Of a DNA stretch of 64,000 nucleotides, positions 49,001 through 61,449 are shown piece by piece (the stretch's first letter is position 1; the number at the start of each line of letters is the position of its first letter). The notes under the pieces were generated by a model that was not told where the DNA came from, made no database searches, and saw nothing but the letters and a program-made list of their open reading frames with translations. The stretch lies in contig CM121342.1 of the NCBI GenBank assembly GCA_051530055.1, forward strand, positions 7,050,864 to 7,114,863. Reading direction: 5' to 3'. The DNA comes from Neoechinorhynchus agilis. Its lineage: Eukaryota; Animalia; Acanthocephala. Both the position numbers and the translations under genes were made by a program.

Positions 49001-52000
49001 CGTTCATTGAGAATTCTTTATAATTACGATTAAAAACGGGCAAAGGCAAAAAAAAGGAGAATACTCACGGATGTTATGATCGTGAAGGTCGATCATTACT
49101 CCCATCACATCGCCGATTTTCCATTCATGACCAAACGGCTCGGCAACACTGTGGATTTTCTTCGCCTATTTTTTGTATTCAGATTAAACACGCAAATAGT
49201 TTACTTTTGAAAGTGAGAGTTGTACCTGTGTTCCGGAAAATAAATAAAATGAGGCACCGTCACATCCATATTCGATTTCAGTTGTTGGAACGGGAGTATT
49301 AGCTTTTATCCATCCAACCCGTACGTCTCCATGCGTCATAATTTCAATTTCATAATACCTATATAGCAAAAAATAGATCGTAAAAAACCCGCTTCAGCTG
49401 AACCATTTTCCTGATTTGACCGAAAAAGTTTCTTCAAGTCTATAAGCTCTAAAACTATTCCGCTCTTCATCCTTTAGAGTCATTAAGCCAAAATCTAAAC
49501 AAAATTGTATACCGGACCGATATGGAAAAGATACTTTTAATACCATCAGGAAATGGCTGGATTTCCTTTACATCGCTAGTCATTTCGAGATTGTATCCGC
49601 ACGCGATAATGAGCCGCACCAATTCACTTGCATTATCACTAAAAAACAATCGTTGTATTCGAATGTACATAAACTAAAATTGAGCAGCATACAGATTAGA
49701 TTTTTGAACATCAGGGTCCAATAGAGCGAATGGAAGCATTTGAGTCGAATTTTTCCTTTCAATATTCTACAAAAAAATTGGTTATTTTCAAATCATCAAA
49801 AATAAGTAATGAATTTTAATCACCTCGTGTAATCCATACGACCATCCTTCTTCGATTCTCTCTATCACCCATTCATTGTGCAGATTTTCGGCCAACAAAT
49901 CAATCAAAGACTCGAATTTTGTCTCAAGTGCAACTCCGGATATATCAACTGGTTTCGGTTTGTATCCGTTTTCTTGAGTAAAACTAGAAAACGAAAAGCG
50001 TTGTGGCTCAATTAAGGCGAGATTATCGCACCTATTAGACAATTTAATGAACTTGGTTGCTCGTTCATCGTGCCGGCCATCAATGTGAATCTTGTATCCA
50101 CACGCAATCACTCTCCTGAGTTTATTAAATCATCTTATAAGATGTTTTACGGATGTGAAAACGTACGCTACACTGTCGATGGATGACTGGATATAATGGC
50201 GTTTAATGTTTTCCGCAAGGTGCTCAAAAGGGACGAGTTGTGAGTCGATCATCGTTAGAGAATTGTGAACCTAAATCGATATATTAGCAGAAATGTGGGG
50301 CATTTTATGAATTTACTAACCTCTCCGTATCGAAATCCAGCAATTATTCGATTCATGCAAGAAATCTCATGAATATTCTCAGCCAAGCGATGTTGTAAGT
50401 CGAGCAAATAGTCAGGAACTGTTATCTTAAATCACAAATAATTAAAAAAAACCAAACATTTAGTTCTCATAGTGTTACCGATGAAATATCAATCGTTGTC
50501 GGAACGAATGCAAATGAATACGGCTTGGGATTGCTGCATTGAAGTAGACAACGATTTAAGTTTCCAAACGAAAAACACGGTTCAATTGTAATCCGTTGAG
50601 TTGGAATCGTTGCGTCAATGATTGGCATATATTCCTTTGGTCGATGGTATTGTAGTCGACCGTGGTTCTCGCCCAGAATGAAACGGCAACTAAAAACAAA
50701 AAAAATTAATTTTAGATAGTAGAAAATTTCAAGCTGTGTCCAATAGCATTTCAAGTTCATAAAATTCCTAACTTGTAATGAAGCAAAATTATCGAATTAG
50801 ATTTAATCCGGTTTTATTGAACGTAATTAGAAAATACGGAAATCATTACCGTACATTAATTTTTATACCTCACGGAAATTGTGAAACATTTTTCTACTAA
50901 CCTCACAAGAGCGGACATGCTAACAATTGGATAAAAGCTTCCTTCAATTGAGAATTCTTTGATGAAAAAGTTCAACTGAGCTCCATTGCAAGAAAATCGA
51001 ATTTCACTTTGCTTCAAATCAATCATGCAACCAATCACATCGTTTTTCTTAAGTTTTCCATTCGCAACAACAACGTTATGTCGTCCTCCAAACCAAACAC
51101 TTGATCCATCGAATGCCCACGAGTACGAGTCGTCACCTGCACCTACAGACCGGGACGAATGTCCGATTCCTGGTGCAAAACTGAATTTGTCATTAGCCCA
51201 TCCGATTCTCAAGAATGGTTCATCGGCCGATACTTTTTCGATTTGATCAACAACAACTTCAAAGTACCACCGGGGATACATTGTGGCATTCGGTTGGTAA
51301 GAGACTGCAATATTGGGTCGCATTGAAGATACCTGATCGATTAATGCAGTCTGGACTAAAAGATCTCGACGGGGCAACAAATTTTCGCAAATAATATTTT
51401 GATTGGTTCTAACTGCAACTTGCTTGTTGACACAGAGCGATGCAAGGACATCGAGAACCTATCGGGAGAATAATGCGTATAAAAAAGCGCAGAACTTCTC
51501 ACTTTTGGATCGCGTCCATTCCTATCTAAAAGACCAATAATTGCTAGGATATGATACTCCGCAATCATGTTCAATACTTCTGGACTCTCCAAAAGCACGT
51601 TGTTAATGACTTCAAGCACACCTAAATTCCAAAAGACGTTAACCAAAGAAACCCAGAGTAAATCGAACAAAATACCTGTTGAGGCGTTCTCAGACATTAA
51701 TTTATTCACAAGCCAGTTCAATCTGGCATATTGAGCAAAGTGTTTGCAATTTCTCCGATTTCCTGCTATCATCGCTGCGAGAACGTTGTAAAGTTTGTCG
51801 GTTACTGATTCAATTTTAAAATCTAGCGACTCGTGAAACGCCGCTTTATCGAACTTTTGACTGAAGAAGTTAATCGTTGAGATCAGTACATTAATCATTC
51901 CCTCCTCCTGTGACAAATCCTGTCGTTTCCTCAAATCCTTTAATAATTTTTGGTAGATTTCGTGCTCAAGAGATTGCTGTGGCGGCTCGAAATACTTTGT

Positions 52001-55000
52001 AAGATCATTTAAGAGTTCTTCAACAACGTCAACTCGATTGAGGAGAACATTCATGAGTTCCGCATCTTCAGGTCCTTGCAAACTGCGATAGTCCCTCAGG
52101 GTACTTGAACAGATTTTTATGATAGAAGCCGACCGCGCCTCTTCTCTTTGAGCTCTGACTAATTTAAAGCAATCGTCCATGCGTCCTTCTTCGGATCCGA
52201 TAAGTCTTTTCTGCTCAACTTTCCCGATACCTTTCAATGTCACCTCAAGAACTTCATAGGAAAGCCATAAACCGGTTGCTGCATGGCGTAGAAACAATAA
52301 AGTTTCGCCGTATTTAATTTCAGGATTACCGAATCCTTCAACAGTGCCTACTTCGTCGCTTAGTTTATCTTTTGATAGATAAAGTTCGAAAGTAACAGCT
52401 TCGAATGAGCATAATTTATGTGGAAGCGTAGTTATCACATAGCTATTTTCGTCTGGAGTGAGTGTGAGAAATTCCCCCGTCGTGACTTGTCTAAGTCGAA
52501 TCTTGTTTCCGATTTCGAGAAACCCAGAGTGCCATTTGACGTTAAATGGTTCAATCCTCCACAACGAACACGCCTGTTCTGGACTTGGGGATCCTTTTAT
52601 TAAGAGTCTCCGGTGCTTCTCGATGGTTGGAGCGTCGTCATTGACCGAAGTAATGCAGTGATCCATATTAGCGTGGAACAGCCGGACCACATCTCCACCA
52701 AACAAATATCCTGGGTTTTTCATTAAAAGTGCTCCGCTTGCAACCGGAGATAGTGACCATATTTGTTGCCGAAATGAAGCATTCACTCTTCCTCTGTCTT
52801 TTGAGGACATGTAAGCGTGCTAAATATATCCGGAGGTTAAGGAATTTAAACTCAAAAACGAACCAGAAACCGCTCGGAAAAAACGCTGACCAATATAACA
52901 TCATCGTTGAATCTCACTTTTTCACCTTCGGACCTTTGTTTTGAAGCCGGATGGACAGTGAACCAGCAAGCTTCGCCTTAATTTTATATATTCATTTAGA
53001 CGGAGAAATTTGGTTCACATTTAATTAACAAACTATGCTTGTGCGCCCATTCAATTGAATTTTCTCTCAGTTATGCGGGATTCCTACTCGCAAAACCTTC
53101 TTAGAAACAGTAAAATATTTTTTATTTCAGTCTTTTTTTGTAAAAAAAATTTTCTCCTTATTTTTCTTCATCTTTCGACTTATTAAAAACTCGGTCCCTC
53201 GGCTGACCTCCTCTTTTTATTTCAAAAAATATTTCAGCACTCGGATAAACACACCAACTTCAAAAGTTTGAAATAATTAAAAACAACATCAACTGAGACG
53301 GCTTTCCCTTTCTAAGATTAAATAGCCATTTTGTTTAAAATAATTGAAGTAACAAAAATTAATCTCACCTTCCGATCCGTCTTTTAGACCCACATCAAAC
53401 GCAAGTTTATCCGACGAAAATATTTCAGTCTTTTTTTGTAAAAATCATTTTCTCCTTATTTGTCCTCATCTTTCGACTTATTAAAAACTCGGTCCCTCGG
53501 CTGACCTCCTCTTTTTATTTCAAAAAGAATTTCAGCACTCGGATAAACACACCAACTTCAAAAGTTTGAAATAATTAAAAACAACATCAACTGAGACGGC
53601 TTTCCCTTTCTAAGATTAAATAGCCATTTTGTTTAAAATAATTGAAGTAACAAAAATTAATCTCACCTTCCGATCCGTCTTTTAGACCCACATCAAACGC
53701 AAGTTTATCCGACGAAAATATTTTAGTCTTTTTTTGTAAAAATCATTTTCTCCTTATTTTTCCTCATCTTTCGACTTATTAAAAACTCGGTCCCTCGGCT
53801 GACCTCCTCTTTTTATTTCAAAAAGAATTTCAGCACTCGGATAAACACACCAACTTCAAAAGTTTGAAATAATTAAAAACAACATCAACTGAGACGGCTT
53901 TCCCTTTCTAAGATTAAATAGCCATTTTGTTTAAAATAATTGAAGTAACAAAAATTAATCTCACCTTCCGATCCGTCTTTTAGACCCACATCAAACGCAA
54001 GTTTATCCGACGAAAATATTTTAGTCTTTTTTTGTAAAAATCATTTTCTCCTTATTTTTCCTCATCTTTCGACTTATTAAAAACTTATTTCAAAAAGATT
54101 TCAGCACTCGGATAAACACACCAACTTCAAAAGTTTGAAATAATTAAAAACAACATCAACTGAGACGGCTTTCCCTTTCTAAGATTAAATAGCCATTTTG
54201 TTTAAAATAATTGAAGTAACAAAAATTAATCTCACCTTCCGATCCGTCTTTTAGACCCACATCAAACGCAAGTTTATCCGACGAAAATATTTCAGTCTTT
54301 TTTTGTAAAAATCATTTTCTCCTTATTTGTCCTCATCTTTCGACTTATTAAAACTCGGTCCCTCGGCTGACCTCCTCTTTTTATTTCAAAAAGAATTTCA
54401 GCACTCGGATAAACACACCAACTTCAAAAGTTTGAAATAATTAAAAACAACATCAACTGAGACGGCTTTCCTCTAAGATTAAATAGCCATTTTGTTTAAA
54501 ATAATTGAAGTAACAAAAATTAATCTCACCTTCCGATCCGTCTTTTAGACCCACATCAAACGCAAGTTTATCCGACGAAAATATTTCAGTCTTTTTTTGT
54601 AAAAATCATTTTCTCCTTATTTTTCCTCATCTTTCGACTTATTAAAAACTCGGTCCCTCGGCTGACCTCCTCTTTTTATTTCAAAAAGAATTTCAGCACT
54701 CGGATAAACACACCAACTTCAAAAGTTTGAAATAATTAAAAACAACATCAACTGAGACGGCTTTCCCTTTCTAAGATTAAATAGCCATTTTGTTTAAAAT
54801 AATTGAAGTAACAAAAATTAATCTCACCTTCCGATCCGTCTTTTAGACCCACATCAAACGCAAGTTTATCCGACGAAAATATTTTAGTCTTTTTTTGTAA
54901 AAATCATTTTCTCCTTATTTTTCCTCATCTTTCGACTTATTAAAAACTCGGTCCCTCGGCTGACCTCCTCTTTTTATTTCAAAAAGAATTTCAGCACTCG

Positions 55001-56674
55001 GATAAACACACCAACTTCAAAAGTTTGAAATAATTAAAAACAACATCAACTGAGACGGCTTTCCCTTTCTAAGATTAAATAGCCATTTTGTTTAAAATAA
55101 TTGAAGTAACAAAAATTAATCTCACCTTCCGATCCGTCTTTTAGACCCACATCAAACGCAAGTTTATCCGACGAAAATATTTCAGTCTTTTTTTGTAAAA
55201 ATCATTTTCTCCTTATTTTTCCTCATCTTTCGACTTATTAAAAACTCGGTCCCTCGGCGACCTCCTTTTTATTTCAAAAAGAATTTCAGCACTCGGATAA
55301 ACACACCAACTTCAAAAGTTTGAAATAATTAAAAACAACATCAACTGAGACGGCTTTCCCTTTCTAAGATTAAATAGCCATTTTGTTTAAAATAATTGAA
55401 GTAACAAAAATTAATCTCACCTTCCGATCCGTCTTTTAGACCCACATCAAACGCAAGTTTATCCGACGAAAATATTTCAGTCTTTTTTTGTAAAAATCAT
55501 TTTCTCCTTATTTTTCCTCATCTTTCGACTTATTAAAAACTCGGTCCCTCGGCTGACCTCCTCTTTTTATTTCAAAAAGAATTTCAGCACTCGGATAAAC
55601 ACACCAACTTCAAAAGTTTGAAATAATTAAAAACAACATCAACTGAGACGGCTTTCCCTTTCTAAGATTAAATAGCCATTTTGTTTAAAATAATTGTAGT
55701 AACAAAAATTAATCTCACCTTCTGATCCGTCTTTTAGACCCACATCAAACGCAAGTTTATCCGACGAAGTGCTGCTCGATAGACACGCAAGGTACTACAT
55801 TAATGATTGAGATTAATGTGAAGAAGCATAATTCCTTCTTACCAAACTAGATGGATAATGTCTTAAAAGTACAGCATGTCCGTATAAGAGCGTCCGAAAA
55901 GAATGCGTTGATCCTTTGGATGAGTTTTTCTGGACGGATGTTGCTTGGGTACTCTTAGCTGATTGATTGAACCGTTCTTGAAGTGCTCTAATGGAAATCG
56001 CTTGTTCTACAACATATACACAAGAAGCTATATCAGGACATACGACCTAAATATAAAGGTCGAGGGCATTTATTTCAAAATAACACAACTTACATCTCCA
56101 CTGATATCTTCTAAAAAGCACATTCGATTTCCAAAGGCCATGGCTCTCAAAGCCATTCGTTTGTGGCCTCCAGCTGAAGGTACGCAATTCAAGCATATTT
56201 GGTCACCCTAAAAATAGTTTAATTTCTTTTTTAAAAAAACCGTTTTCCATTTATGAATCTTATACTTCATTTAAAGCTTTGTATTGAAATGGTAAATGTG
56301 GTCGCGTATGAAACCGCATAAACTCTGTAGACATGGATGGATTTCCTTTGTCTTTTTAGATAAAAGCGTTAAGCAAATTTGAACATGATAGTTTTTTTGG
56401 TTGTGTAAATAGCAGGATTTGGTGCAAGTGTGTGTTTTTTGGTGATGGTAGCACTTAGTTACATATCTTACACGGAGCGATGGAGCTCGAAGAATATAAA
56501 GGAAGCCAAAGTATGTAAAAAAGAGAGACGGTCGCACAGTATGAGTTTATGTGCAGGAAAACTAAGACGCATTTAATGTGGCACACAAAAGTCGGAACAT
56601 GCTAATCCTGATTTTAATAAACTTACCGTTCGAACAAACGATATTTCATCCTGGTCTGATTGCAATTGAGACAT
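34015..56674 (-). CDS. RyR: Ryanodine receptor (multi-exon, apparently intact)
   Basis: Exon 1 56627-56674 [16 protein letters not shown]; exon 2 56094-56207 [18 protein letters not shown]; [13 protein letters not shown]; [10 protein letters not shown]; [21 protein letters not shown]; MIR/RIH/SPRY/RYR-repeat regions; [11 protein letters not shown]; LTEYIQGPC; EF-hand [13 protein letters not shown]; [10 protein letters not shown]; pore [11 protein letters not shown]; KCFICGIG...HTSKEH; [27 protein letters not shown], stop 34015-34017. Not every junction was checked. Confidence 0.97.
53112..55768. repeat. ~298-bp tandem array (9 units) in a RyR intron, containing the 3' half of the upstream exon and its donor site
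   Basis: AATCTCACC at 53361, 53659, 53957, 54228, 54522, 54820, 55118, 55413, 55711. The last copy belongs to the real 76-nt exon 55719-55794. Confidence 0.97.
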
Positions 56675-57222
56675 TAAACGCCTGCTTTTGTTTTATCTAG
56701 CAATTTCCGCTAGATTAATTCGTGATTTCTCCTCTTTGCATCTGAAATACAAGTCCGACATGGAAAGGCGGAGCGCAATTTCCCAGTGGAGCGGAATTTA
56801 AAGATAAAATCCCTCAGTGGAAATAAACCTTTGAGATCTCTCATGGGAATGCATTCACTCATCGTCTTTAAATGCCATGCTACATTTGATGATCGAAAAC
56901 CCGGATTCGCATTATGGCATAAATGGATACTTTAAGGAAAACGGAATACCAACTTGGTCGTCGACTGAAATTTTGTACAGCATTATCATACGTCTAAATG
57001 AGTTCTATTCGCTTAAATTCAGGCAATTGGTTTTGACCAAAGAATGCGTTTTTTTACATTGAAGGAATTGTATCAATTGAGTTTTAACTGTTACTCTAAA
57101 ATTTTAGACAATAATGTAATTTACATCAAAAGCAACAACTGAAATCAAACTACTTTTTTTTGAATGTTACCATTTAGTTCGATAACGCCTTTAGAAGCCA
57201 TCAATAAAAAATCAATAGGGTT

Positions 57223-57458
57223 ACTCAAAGTTTATAACTTTGGTGAAAATAATCCGCTAATCATAACCTATAATTGATTTATTGGGGAAATATTTCGAAG
57301 GAGGAGGTAAACTCGCCTCATCAGTCATTGTTTTTTCACACTTGAAAAAACTTGCAAACAATGATTGATGAGGCGAGGTTACCTCCTCTGCGAAATATCT
57401 TAAATCAAAATCAAATATAGCTTATGACCGGGAGTATTTTCACCGAAATTATACTTTT
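57223..57458. mobile_element. Head-to-head inverted pair of Penelope-like terminal fragments, each with a hammerhead-like core
   Basis: Minus arm CTGATGAG...CGAAATATT (57324->57289); plus arm TTGATGAG...GCGAAATATC (57365-57399). The ~100-nt arms are diverged inverted copies. Confidence 0.6.
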
Positions 57459-58320
57459 AGAAGTCTCTACATTATTAATTCTAGACAATTTGAGTCGTAT
57501 TATGTAGAAATTTCTGCAGCGAATCGCTTTTTTTCATTTTAAAAGTAGTCAAAATATCTTCTAAAATCTTTTTCCTCTAGAAAATATCTTCACCAAGAAT
57601 CCAACCGGGTGAAATACTTGTGCATGAATCAAAACAGTACGTTTGATTTTGAATAATTCTCATTTTATTAGAAATTTCAACCGTAAATGCTTGTAAATGG
57701 TCGAAGATAAAATCATCATTAAAAAAAGTTAACAAATGGCATCCCGACATTTTCTTTAAATTAAAATCTATCTGTCAATGGTACCGATTTATCCAATAGT
57801 AACAAATGTATCAAAACGACTACCTCATTAGAGATTGAAAGCAATAAAAAAATATTAAACTAAAAATGAATGCTCTGAAATGCAGTTTTAGTAGTTTCAT
57901 TACAAATAACATTTTTTACTTTACGAATTCGGATATCCTGCTAATGAAAGCGTACATTACGCAGATCTCACTTTATATCTATTTCTTTTTATTCAAATTT
58001 CCTTGGAGCGAAATGTGTTTAACAATAGGAAGAAAAAGTCATGTGTCAAAATCGACAAAGCGCCAAAAAATCAAAATATATTGATAAAGGAATTTCGGCA
58101 TAATTTCCGATGATATTAAAGATGTCTATTTTATCAGATCTTCTTCAGTTTTGTAGCGTTTATTGATGTGGTGTTTCCCAAGGAAAAGCTGTCAGATAAA
58201 CCGGAAATGTTATTAAAAGCGATTAGATTATCGGAAATTCATATCAAAAGGTAATTTGTGTTGGCGATAATGGTACTCTTTTTCTCACATACTACAAGTT
58301 ATTATATAAATATTTTTTTA

Positions 58321-58460
58321 GTTTTGCCACCCCTACGGATTTAAATTCACTAATTTATTTCCGAAACGACAAACGTTTGGCAAATGTTGAAATTATGCGA
58401 CCGATGTGAGATATCGGGGAAATAAATTAATGAATTTTTGAATCCGTAGGGTTGCAAAAC
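58321..58460. mobile_element. 140-bp MITE with ~42-bp imperfect TIRs and TA flanks (Tc1/mariner-type target)
   Basis: Left GTTTTGCCACCCCTACGGATT..AATTCA.TAATTTATTTCC versus right reverse complement GTTTTGCAACCCTACGGATT..AATTCATTAATTTATTTCC; TA at 58319-58320 and 58461-58462. Confidence 0.75.
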
Positions 58461-59977
58461 TAAGAAAAAGAAAGTTTCTTTTCCTCCGTGTCGAGTAAAT
58501 AATTTTTTGTATTAAAATTTAGTTGTCACAGTCTATTTAGCGTCTTTTTTTCGAGGTTCATAGCGTTTTTAACAAAAAAATCCTTCACCACTACTAGATC
58601 AAAATTGGTCTTTTTAAGGAATTAGGTTGTTAAAAGACAATAAAAAAGGTGACGCTTGGATGAGTTTTCTGAGCACTTTCTGTATCTCAAGTAATTGTCC
58701 TATTCCCACAAAACAACAGGTTTGTGGTGCTCGACGACATTAGTAAGGCGGTGTTTTCCGCCCCAAGACCTGATGGATGTTGTTCGTGGGCGTATTCGCG
58801 TTAAATTCGGTCCCGGTATAATTGGCACACTTGTTCATGAGTGACCATAAAACCAATGAAGCCTTTTTTTACGGGGATAGAAGAGAAGACTTTACGGCAT
58901 AAAGCTTATGAGTTTGCGATGTAACAACCATTTGGTGGCATTGCATGTAACAGCGCACATAGAATGTAAGCAGCAGCCACACAGTGCCAGAAGCCAATAA
59001 AACTCCACATTTCACACGCTCATCGCATATGCAAATAGACGTTTTTACGGTGTAATAGCAGCTCCTCTCTCTTGTGCCACTGAACATCCACGATGTTGTG
59101 CACTGAGATTCATGGTATGCTCATCTTCGTGCTTATATTTGGATGTGGCATCCAAACACACATCCGTGAATATCTATATGGTTACGCAAAATGTTCCTAA
59201 CGGAGCAAATGAGGTTATGAAAGATGATATATCTAATGTTTTTGATCAATTGATTTGTAAATGTCGATATTTGAGGAACCGGGGATCAGCTTATTGTGTA
59301 TATTTTTTATTTGACTATATCGATCACATTAAAAAAACCGGAGGAGTTTAATTACTTCTTCCTCCGTTTTTTTGGTAAATCCCAAATCTTCATCTGAGGT
59401 TCCTTAACTGCAATATTATACTTTGAGATCTTTTCCATTGTCTGGTGTGGTGAATAAAGCTCTTCAGTTTTATTCCGTCGCTTCAAAATAAATATTGCCA
59501 TCAACTAATGGAACTCCTAGTTTTATGATGAAGCGTGTTATTTATAAGAAAATTTAGGTTCCATGGTTTATACTGTGGAACCTTAATAAACAATGAATTC
59601 CTCGAATTTTTTTTGATTTTCGATTGAGGTATGAAGTATAACCGTCAAGTTTAATCCGCCGCGAGATATCCTTTAAAACACGTCTTCAATGTTTCGAAGC
59701 CTTAGTAGGACTTTTCTATTGTAGCCCTGAAATGCTCCCAATAAAATGGTGTTGGACTTTGTTATATTAAAACGGAGAATTTTCTATGAGGCCATAGGAA
59801 TCGTGAGAATGTTGGATGGCAGTCCGGTACGATATGATGTCAACGCAGATAACAGTACTTTAAACGGATTTAAATTAAAGGGCTTCCGTTAGAATAATAT
59901 AATTATTTGCGAAATGTTTCAACAAAAAGAGTGCTGCCGTACGGGTGTTGTAAAGGTTGAAAGGATGGATTCAGCGT

Positions 59978-60655
59978 TTATAAACACGTTCTATTAATTT
60001 AAGAAAAGAACGATCCATACACTTGCAAGCATCTATCTTTGCTGAAGGTGTCTGGATGTCGGATGTTGAGGCAAGGAAGGTGGGGTTTGTCTTTGGAGTT
60101 TTACAGGAGAATGGCAGATTAGGAGTCTTTCCTTGTTCTCCGGTTGTTAAGGAAAGATTGGGCTTGAGGAAAGAAAGATTTTTGGTTGAGGGAGGTACGA
60201 GCGATGGGAGGATGAAAAAGGTTGGGGTTCCGAGTGTTTACTAGGGACGAGTATTTAGAGATGAGGGAAGAAAATTGTGGAGGGGGTTGATGTGGACGGA
60301 TGGCGTTTTTGGAGAAAATGGAGTGGAGGTGGGCGTCGAGGGGAGGGAGTGAAATCCCGAATATTCTAGCTGCTCTCTTGTGGAAGGTTTCGAGGGAATG
60401 GAGAGCATTGACGGAGAGGAAAGGGGGGGAAATCGTATGTAAGGATAGGAAGGATGGCATAAAGATAAAAGTGGACAAGGTGTTAAGGGGAAACGCCGAG
60501 ACGCCGGAGGAGTTTGAGAAGGTAAAGACGAGGGTTTGCTTTAGAGAGTGTAAATGAAATGTGGGCATCCCATTTAAGGTTTTCTTGGAAAGTCAGGCCC
60601 AGTCTAAAATCAGGCCCAGTCCGTAAAATCAGGCCCAGTTAAAAATCAGGCTGCT
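59978..60655 (-). mobile_element. 5'-truncated copy of the LINE family at 8710-11726 (3' end)
   Basis: Near-identical reverse complement of ~11235-11727; ORF 60023-60244 equals ORF 11460-11681. Confidence 0.9.
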
Positions 60656-60928
60656 CATTTCCATTAAGATAATATTTAAACTTGGAGTTACTGTACGCTC
60701 AAATGTGTATTTCAATTCACTTTCAATCAAAATATTTTACAGTAAGCTTAAATGTTTGTTTCTAACAAAGCAATATGTCAACAATCGTTGAGAACATTTT
60801 GCGAAAAACTCGCTCTATTCCGGACTTATGGACTATCTTTGTTTCTCAAATAGAATTTTAAACTCAAATTAAAAATTAAGCTTTATTACGAAGTTGAAAG
60901 GGATACTTAATTGCGAATTTGGTTGATT

Positions 60929-61227
60929 ATGGTATTTGGCACAAAGAATTCAATAAAAAGTACGTATCTTAATTCTTATATATTTGTACTGTTATTATTG
61001 GAAAAGTTAAATCTCCAAAGGCTGAGGATGTTGCCAATGAGCGTGCAAGCGATGCGCAAAATGTGGATATTGTGAGTATCGAATCGCTATTAAATTGGAC
61101 CTCTGCAAGGTCAAAGAATGTGAAAAAGCGAAGGACCAACATTATGATAACGAGGTCAGTGAACGCTTCTACGAGCAGTGATTCAAAGACTGAGATTGAA
61201 CCTATTTTAGACATTGAGTCGAGCTAA
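60929..61227 (+). CDS. Possible small spliced orphan gene or 3' end of a gene, acidic product
   Basis: Three consecutive GT-AG introns (60960-61006, 61072-61109, 61155-61188; 47, 38 and 34 nt) join in frame: MVFGTKNSIK-IKSPKAEDVANERASDAQNVDI-VKECEKAKDQHYDNE-TEIEPILDIESS*. No recognisable homology. Confidence 0.4.
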
Positions 61228-61310
61228 GTGAACAAAACTACTAAGAGACCCAAGTCTGTCACTATCGCTTTAACAATCGACCAAAACAGTATAAGATACA
61301 TCCTTATGTT

Positions 61311-61440
61311 TTATCCTAATTCTTATATATTTGTATTGTTATTATTGGAAAAGTGAAATCTCCAAAGGTCGAGGGTGCTGCCAATGAGCGTACAAGCGAT
61401 ACGCAAAATGTGGATATTGTGAGTATCGAATCGCTATTGA
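61311..61440 (+). repeat. ~130-bp diverged duplicate of 60965-61090 (acceptor, exon and donor)
   Basis: Direct visual alignment. Confidence 0.85.
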
Positions 61441-61449
61441 GTGATACCT

